Source: Eledone cirrhosa
Taxonomy: Eukaryota
Length of the DNA stretch: 64,000 nt
Reading direction: 5' to 3'
Assembly (NCBI GenBank): GCA_964016885.1
Contig: OZ024754.1
Span: 7,130,001 to 7,194,000 of the forward strand
The position numbers and the translations under genes were made by a program. The notes beneath the pieces are model-generated. The model saw only the letters and a program-made list of their open reading frames with translations, ran no database searches and was not told where the DNA came from. Within the stretch, counting starts at the first letter, position 1, and the number at the start of each line of letters is the position of its first letter. Positions 56,188 through 64,000 of this stretch are shown here, piece after piece.

Positions 56188-57969
56188 TATTATATATATA
56201 TATATAGCTACATTGACATATAGACAGAAATGCAGATATATGCATAGAGAAATTAACACAAGTATAGGTAAATATACAGATATAGAGAGAATTATGTATA
56301 TATGTACATATATGTGTAGACAGTATATAGAGAAATATATAACTAGGTAGGTACATAGATATATAAATAGATACATACATAGATATGTATGTATATTATG
56401 CACCATACGTTTAGATCTATTAAGCAGAATTTCAAATAAGATTTCAAATGAAAATGATATTCAATATATTTGATAACATAAAAAATTTAATGCGCGCTAA
56501 TAAAAAAAAAAAAAATGTGTGATAATTTTATTTTTTTTACAAGTATTTCGTATTTTTATTTTTCATGACACTACAATCTAGTCTCTTATGTGTTTGTGTT
56601 GGATCTCCATCACTCTCGACGGTGATCGTTCCCGTTTATTCGGTGAACAGAATAGCCTGCTTGTAAAATTAACGTGCAAGTTACTGATCGTTCCACAGAC
56701 ACGTATACTCTTATATAGTTCTAAGGGAGATTCAGCTGAACACAGTGTGAAACAAATCAGGTCATTTAAATTAATGGTACATCGTATTTTTGCTGGCTGT
56801 GTGGACTGGAGTAACATGAAATAAAGGGTTTTTACTAATGTATTACCATCAGTTAGAATTGAACTTAGAACCACGATCTATATAACACAACAGTCTTTCT
56901 TTATTGCTTTAGCCTGGTGCTGAAATATTGGTGAGGCTGTGATGGGAATAAAGAATGTGAAGCTATTGGTGAGGTCGGCATGTGAAGCTATTTGTGAGAC
57001 AGTAATGTGAAGCTTATAGACTGTAAATGTGTATTCTCTCTCAATCTTACTCCCTCATTGTCTGTCAGTCTGTCAGTCAGTCTGGCCCTCTCTCCAACTG
57101 TATCTTACTGTATCTCATGCAGTCACACCCTCTCTTTATCTTTCCATGAACAAATAAATACTATGGGTTGTGCCCCTGCCTGGCCGCAGTCTAATGACTG
57201 GAACCAGTAAAAGACTAAGAGAAAGAATTTGTTTCAACTATCAGCAGATATCACTGAACTTAAATCGTGCTGTTTGGACAACATTTGTCGTCTGTATCGT
57301 CTATTTAGCAGGAAGTTCATTATATATCATAAATATTCTGTAATGGATATCAAATATCTGACTTCTTGGTCAATATCATTATGTCCATAAATACATGTAT
57401 ATTATATTGATATACGAAGCGTGTATATATGTATGTCTGTATCAATATATATATATATATATACGTACATATATATGTGTCAGTGTCTTTGTATGTCTGT
57501 ATGCGTACATAGAAAGGAGAATATGTCATACATTTATGGTGTATATGTTTTCGATATATTTTCTCTCTATATATATATGTGTGTGTATATGTGTGTGTGT
57601 CTACTGGGGTGTGTATGTGTGTGTGTGTGTGTCTACTGCGGTGTGTAAGTGTAAATGTGTGTGTGTGTCTACTGATGTAAGTGTGTGTGTGCGCGTATAT
57701 TTTTCTCTCCATATATGTGTACTTTTGCTTTTAGTACATTTAATCTTTCGCTCTAGTCACTGATTACTTATTTCTTCTTGAATTGCAACAAAACAGGAAG
57801 TGCAACGGGAAAGAAGTACTGCTACGGAATAGCGCTAAACAATACCCCTTAATTAACTATGGATAGCCATCTTGTAACAAACAACATTCAAAAGGCAGGG
57901 TCATTATAAAGTCAATCATTTACTAAAGAGTAAGAATATCATGCGTCTGGGCGGGATTGGAGATACATA

Positions 57970-58435
57970 ATTAAATAGACCCCATTGCATTACTGGTACT
58001 TTATTAATCAACCCCGTAAGGATGAAAGGCAAAACTAACCTCGGCGGGATTTGAACTCAGAACGTAAAGGGCCATAACTATGCCGCAAATCAGGTTGTCC
58101 GACGCTCTACCAATCAACTGCCCTGACAGTAAATAATAATTGCTTCTACAGCAATTATCGCAGTACATTACTGGTACTTTATTTTATCGATCCCCGTAAG
58201 GATGAAAGTGAACCTCGGTGGGATTTGAACTCAGAACGCAAAGGTCTATAACTCTATGCCGCAAAGCATGGCGTGTGATGCTCTACCAATACAGCCAAAG
58301 AAAATGATTGTTTCTACATTTGGGACAAGGCCAGCAATTATCCCAGTGCATTACTGGTACTTTATTTTATCGACCCCGTAAGGATGAAAGGCAAAGTTGA
58401 TCTTGGCGGAACTTGAACTCAGATCATAAAGGGCC
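57970..58435 (-). mobile_element. Three SINE family 1 copies
   Basis: Core motif three times. Confidence 0.85.
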
Positions 58436-58478
58436 TGAGTTCAAATTACACACACACACACACATACATATATATACA

Positions 58479-58530
<52 letters not shown>

Positions 58531-58787
58531 TATATATATATAAATAAATATATATATACACACACATATATATATACACACACACACATATATATATATA
58601 TACACACATATATATATATATATGTACACATACATATATATACTTACATGTACACATACATATATATACATACATGTACACATACATATATACATACAAG
58701 TACACATACATAGATGAACTTACATTGTCTATATATATATGTATATATATATATATATATATGTATATAGATATGTATATATATATA

Positions 58788-58819
<32 letters not shown>

Positions 58820-59176
58820 ATGTAAATGATGCTGTTATGTTAAACTCTACGTGACATGTATATAATGTAAACGAAGCTTACATAAACATGATATAAAACA
58901 GTGGAAACATTGATTAGCTTTTTCTATATTAGCGGTGTATTTAATTTGACTGTGAGTCAATCAATATTTTATTATTATGTAAGGCTAGAGTAGAAGACAT
59001 CTAATTGTAGAAGCTTATCTAATGACACATCTCTCGTATTTTCTTTCATTTGATAAGATCGAAATTGTCTGGGTCATATAATTATACATGCTATGTGTAG
59101 GAATATTGTAACCCTTTTAGGAACGTTGAATGTTTTTAAACGTGATCCGTGTATTATATATGAATAGTTTATATAT

Positions 59177-59318
59177 GAGGTTGACATATGTTGATTCCCT
59201 AAGGACAGACACTGGTCTCTTGGAGACGTAGGACATGGCAGCGATGATGAGTGACAGAGACCGCTGGTGATAACTCGTCCATGGATCTCGGGAATTTTAC
59301 CCGCCCTAGATAGATAGA
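59177..59318 (+). mobile_element. Short RTE family 1 3' end
   Basis: GGATCTCGGGAATTTTACCCGCCCTAGATAGATAGA. Confidence 0.88.
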
Positions 59319-59844
59319 TTATATATGAATAGGCAGCTAATTGACAGAGTTGTAAGAAGGTGGGATAGAATGCTTTATGGTAATCGTTCCGGCTTTCTGC
59401 TCTTTGAGTTCAAATCCAGCCGAGGTCAACTTTTCCTTTCATCCTTTCGGGGGTCGATAAAAAAAGTACCAGTCAAGTACTTGGGTGGTTCTTCCTTTAT
59501 ATCTCTTTCTCCTTTCCTCTCTCCCACTTTCTATCTTCACCTGGAAGAAATCTGCTGTACTCAGTCCTGGAGAGGGATGGGCTCCGCCAGGTTTAAAAAA
59601 TGCCCAAGATAAAATATTGATTTCTGCTATTATAATATAATATTATGAATTTCAGGAATTGGAAGCATCGATTTGATTGACACCAGTATTTTACTGGTAC
59701 TTTAGTTTATTGATATAGCTTCTGTTTGCTTATAATAGTGAGAGATAGAGAGAGCTAGAGAGACGGAGGCAGTGAATAACAGAGAGCAAACATCAAGGTA
59801 CACATGCACTTGATAAGGCAACGATAGATGTTATTTACATGTCT

Positions 59845-61020
59845 GATAACAGTGATAAATATACAAAATATAACATAGTGATAAATATACAAAATATAAC
59901 ATAGTGATAAATATACAAAATATAACATAGTGATAAATATACAAAATATAACATAGTGATAAATATACAAAATATAACATAGTGATAAATATACAAAATA
60001 TAACATAGTGATAAATATACAAAATATAACATAGTGATAAATATACAAAAATATAACATAGTGATAAATATACAAAAATATAACATAGTGATAAATATAC
60101 AAAAATATAACATAGTGATAAATATGCAAAATATAATATAGTGATGAATATACAAAAATATAACATAATGATAAATATACAAAATATAACATAGTGATAA
60201 ATATACAAAAATATAACATAGTGATAAATATACAAAAATATAACATAGTGATAAATATACAAAATATTACATAGTGATAAATATACAAAATATAGCATAG
60301 TGATAAATATACAAAATATAGCATAGTGATAAATATACAAAAATATAACATAGTGATAAATATACAAAATATAATATAGTGATAAATATACAAAAATATA
60401 ACATAGTGATAAATATACAAAATATAACATAGTGATAAATATACAAAATATAACATAGTGATAAATATACAAAATATAACATAGTGATAAATATGCAAAA
60501 TATAACATAGTGATAAATATACAAAATATAACATAGTGATAAATATACAAAATATAACATAGTGATAAATATACAAAAATATAACATAGTGATAAATATA
60601 CAAAATATAACATAGTGATAAATACACAAAATATAACAGTGATAAATATACAAAATATAACATAGTGATAAATATACAAAAATATAACATAGTGATAAAT
60701 ATACAAAATATAACAGTGATAAATATACAAAATATAACATAGTGATAAATATACAAAATATTACATAGTGATAAATATACAAAATATAGCATAGTGATAA
60801 ATATACAAAATATAGCATAGTGATAAATATACAAAATATAACATAGTGATAAATATACAAAATATAACATAGTGATAAATATACAAAATATAACATAGTG
60901 ATAAATATACAAAAATATAACATAGTGATAAATATACAAAATATAACAGTGATAAATATACAAAAATATAACATAGTGATAAATATACAAAAATATAACA
61001 TAGTGATAAATATACAAAAA
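59845..61020 (+). repeat. 25/26-bp minisatellite ATAGTGATAAATATACAAAA(A)TATAAC
   Basis: Directly visible, roughly 45 units. Confidence 0.97.
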
Positions 61021-61196
61021 TACAAGTATACATGTATAAAAAAAGACTTCTTTCGAAAGTGTCGCCGAAGTTAAAACAACAATGTTGGCCTCTCTGCGTC
61101 AAATTTCATAAACGTTTAATATAATCTTATTAATGAGTCTATAGCGAGATAAATCCTTTTATGGAATTTTCAGAAGCTTCCAGATTATCCAGTAAT

Positions 61197-61382
61197 GTGG
61201 AATGGCAGTATCGGTAGAGGGTCGGACGCCATGCTTTGACGCATAGAGTTACGTCTCTTGCCATTCTGAGTTCAAATCCCGCCGAGGTTAAATTTGCCTT
61301 TCATCCTAACGGGGTCGATAAAATAAAGTACCAGTAATGCACTGGGTAATTGCTGGCCTTGTGCCAAAAAGTAGAAACAATT
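61197..61382 (+). mobile_element. SINE family 1
   Basis: Head-core-tail. Confidence 0.9.
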
Positions 61383-61424
61383 AATTAATTATGCATTGTC
61401 ATACACCAGACAGGCTATTTATAT

Positions 61425-62044
61425 CTTCTTCTTTACTTACTTATTCCTAAGAGGGTTGTTGGGGCAGAGTTCTGAAACACTCCTTCCAGCGGGTTCTGTC
61501 AGAAACAATCGTCTCCAACTGATCCTGCTGAATCCCCAAATGTGACCAGCCAAGCTCATGAATGTTATCCAACCATCTTGCTCGGGGTCTACTCCTGGGT
61601 CTCTTGCCGGTTGGTTTTGTCCGTAAAATCTGTCCAGCGATTCTTTCCTGAGACATTCTAGCCACAGGCCCATAGTATCGGAGCTGTGATCTCTCAATTC
61701 AGAGAAGTAGCAGCTCTAACTAGAGTGACTCTCTGATCTTCGAGCTACAAATTTGTACAGTGATTCTTTCCTGAGACATTCTAACCACATGTCCATAGTA
61801 TCGGAGCTGTGATCTCTCAATTCAGAGAAGTAGCAGCTCTAACTAGAGTGATTCTCTGATCTCCGAACTACAAATCTGTCCAGCGATTCTTTCCTGAGAC
61901 ATTCTAACCACATGTCCATAGTATCGGAGCTGTGATCTCTCAATTCAGAGAAGTAGTGGCTCTATCTGGAGTGTCTCTCTGATCTCCGAGCTACAAATCT
62001 GTTCAGCGATTCTTTCCTGAGATATTCTAACTACATGCCTATAG
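61425..62044 (-). mobile_element. RTE family 2 3' fragment with a 123-bp unit repeated ~3.4 times
   Basis: ERSQLRYYGHVVRMSQERI repeated; units start at ~61626, 61749, 61872, 61995. Confidence 0.88.
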
Positions 62045-62947
62045 GTGAACTTTAAGAATTATAGTAGCTTAGCCAGCAACTGCAATCTAAACGGGCCATA
62101 GCTACTTATATCATTCATTAAAACGTTTGGATTCTGAGAGTAAGGGTATGATTTTAAATCAAGAAATTGTACATTTACGTTTTAAAGCATTGGTAGTTTC
62201 TTATCTGAAATTATTTACCATTTTGCTAACATTGATGAAATTTTATGTCTACATATGATGAATTATGTATTTTACTAAACTCAATATGGTCTTGCTGGCA
62301 ATATCAATATTAGAGCAATGAATAATTAAGGTTTATTTCGTTTACAACAGCCAGAAAACTTGGAAGTATTTAACAATAGAATACGCAATGATAAGTAATA
62401 AACAGATGATATTTGAGTGGGAGTATGCGAGCTGGCTATAGCGTAGTTGTGTAGTCTTTATCAAACAATGATAGACAAAATTGATATATGTATGTGTAAA
62501 TGAAGATTAGCATATATTTAGATTCGATATAAAACACACACGAAACTTGATGGATCTATCGTTGAAACTGGATGGATACACTAGTTAATATAATCAAAGG
62601 TAACATTTAAATAGACAGGATATTCAGTGATGGAATGCTTTTGATCAGGGGTTTTCTTAATCAGATCTAAACTGGGACTGAACAAAGACCAAGTTGGATA
62701 TTATAAAACAGATAGTCAATAGAGGAATAGACTAATAAAATATCATTGTGAAAACTTAGAAATTGTTTTAATAGACTCCCCCGTCTTTGAATTCTCCCCC
62801 TTAGTATAATGACTATAATGCAGGTGGCGTTGTTGTCGAGATCACAATTGTTTGTTAGGTGTCATCAATCTTATATACAAAACAGTAGCTGTGTATCAGT
62901 CAATAATCAGATGTTCCAGTGAGATTCAAACAATGGAAATAGAAAGG

Positions 62948-63490
62948 CACACACACACACACACACACGCATTACACACACACACACATTACACACACGT
63001 ACACATTACATATATATATATACATACACATATACATACACACACACACGCACACGCACACGCACACGCACACATTACATATATATATATATACATACAC
63101 ACACACGCACATATATACATACATACAGATATATATATATATACAGACATATATATATATATATACATACAGACATATATATATACATACAGACATATAT
63201 ATATATATATATATATACATACAGACATATATATATATATACATACAGACATATATATATATATACATACAGACATATATATATATATATACATACAGAC
63301 ATATATATATATATATATATATACATACAGACATATATATATATATATACATACAGACATATATATATATATATACATACAGACATATATATATATACAT
63401 ACAGACATATATATATATACATACAGACATATATATATATATATACATACAGACATATATATATATATATATATACAGACATATATATAT
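62948..63490. repeat. (CA)n and ATACATACAGAC(AT)n compound minisatellite
   Basis: Directly visible. Confidence 0.95.
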
Positions 63491-64000
63491 AAATACATTA
63501 TCGGAGAAAGCTAATAGCGATACTCCGGCCAAATCCCAACTCACTCAACAAACATTACGAAATAAGTGAGTATATTCCTAATTAAACGTTCGGGTGCTAA
63601 CTAATTGTATTGTGTGGAACATTGGCTGTATTATTTCATATGAGATATATCAAATATATCTCTTCCCAGACGGACGTCTCGTTTCATTATAAGATTCCTA
63701 CAAGTTGGGTGAAATTTACCAAATTATGCAGAAGCTTGTATAAGATCAACAGATACTTATTCAAGTGGGCTCTTATAATTCTTCAGTGGGTGCCCAATAA
63801 CATTAATATTGATAGTCAAATCAACATCAATATCTAGCGATAATCACCATCAGTGCTTGAGGTAGCTGTCAGGTTGCTAGTCCAGCAGTTCTAAAGAAAT
63901 TCTCATAGTGTCTCAAAAAAAAGCGGAAGGAGAATTACCGCCAAAAAACAATACATGCGCAGGACAATGAATTCTAAAAGGAATTCAAGCCACGTGCTAG

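Noticed and set aside
59755-61102. Repetitive ORFs and CRISPR-like periodicity
   Set aside because: Contiguous 25/26-bp minisatellite with no unique spacers and no cas genes; eukaryotic context

Overview
AT-rich, repeat-dense animal genomic DNA. The SINE families and very long (TA)n/(CA)n arrays point to an octopod cephalopod; this is an inference from repeat resemblance. There is no intact protein-coding gene, and almost all long ORFs in the track are microsatellite artefacts. The window holds roughly 35 copies of one tRNA-derived SINE plus a second SINE group, 5'-truncated RTE-clade LINEs, two CRE-like (restriction-like endonuclease) retrotransposon fragments, Tc1/mariner- and hAT-like MITEs, Helitron-like elements and several mini/microsatellites. 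Two hidden layers stand out. (1) Short, often fold-back (palindromic) elements sit in (TA)n tracts; several carry complete minimal type-I hammerhead ribozyme motifs (CUGANGA-stem II-GAAA-palindromic stem III-NUH), consistent with Penelope-like element termini or retrozyme-like derivatives. (2) Two heavily decayed, tandem, minus-strand, multi-exon pseudogenes resemble molluscan receptor tyrosine phosphatases (EGF/F-type lectin/FN3/TM/PTP). They are visible only through splice signals and residual motifs. All calls were made by eye and boundaries are approximate unless stated.
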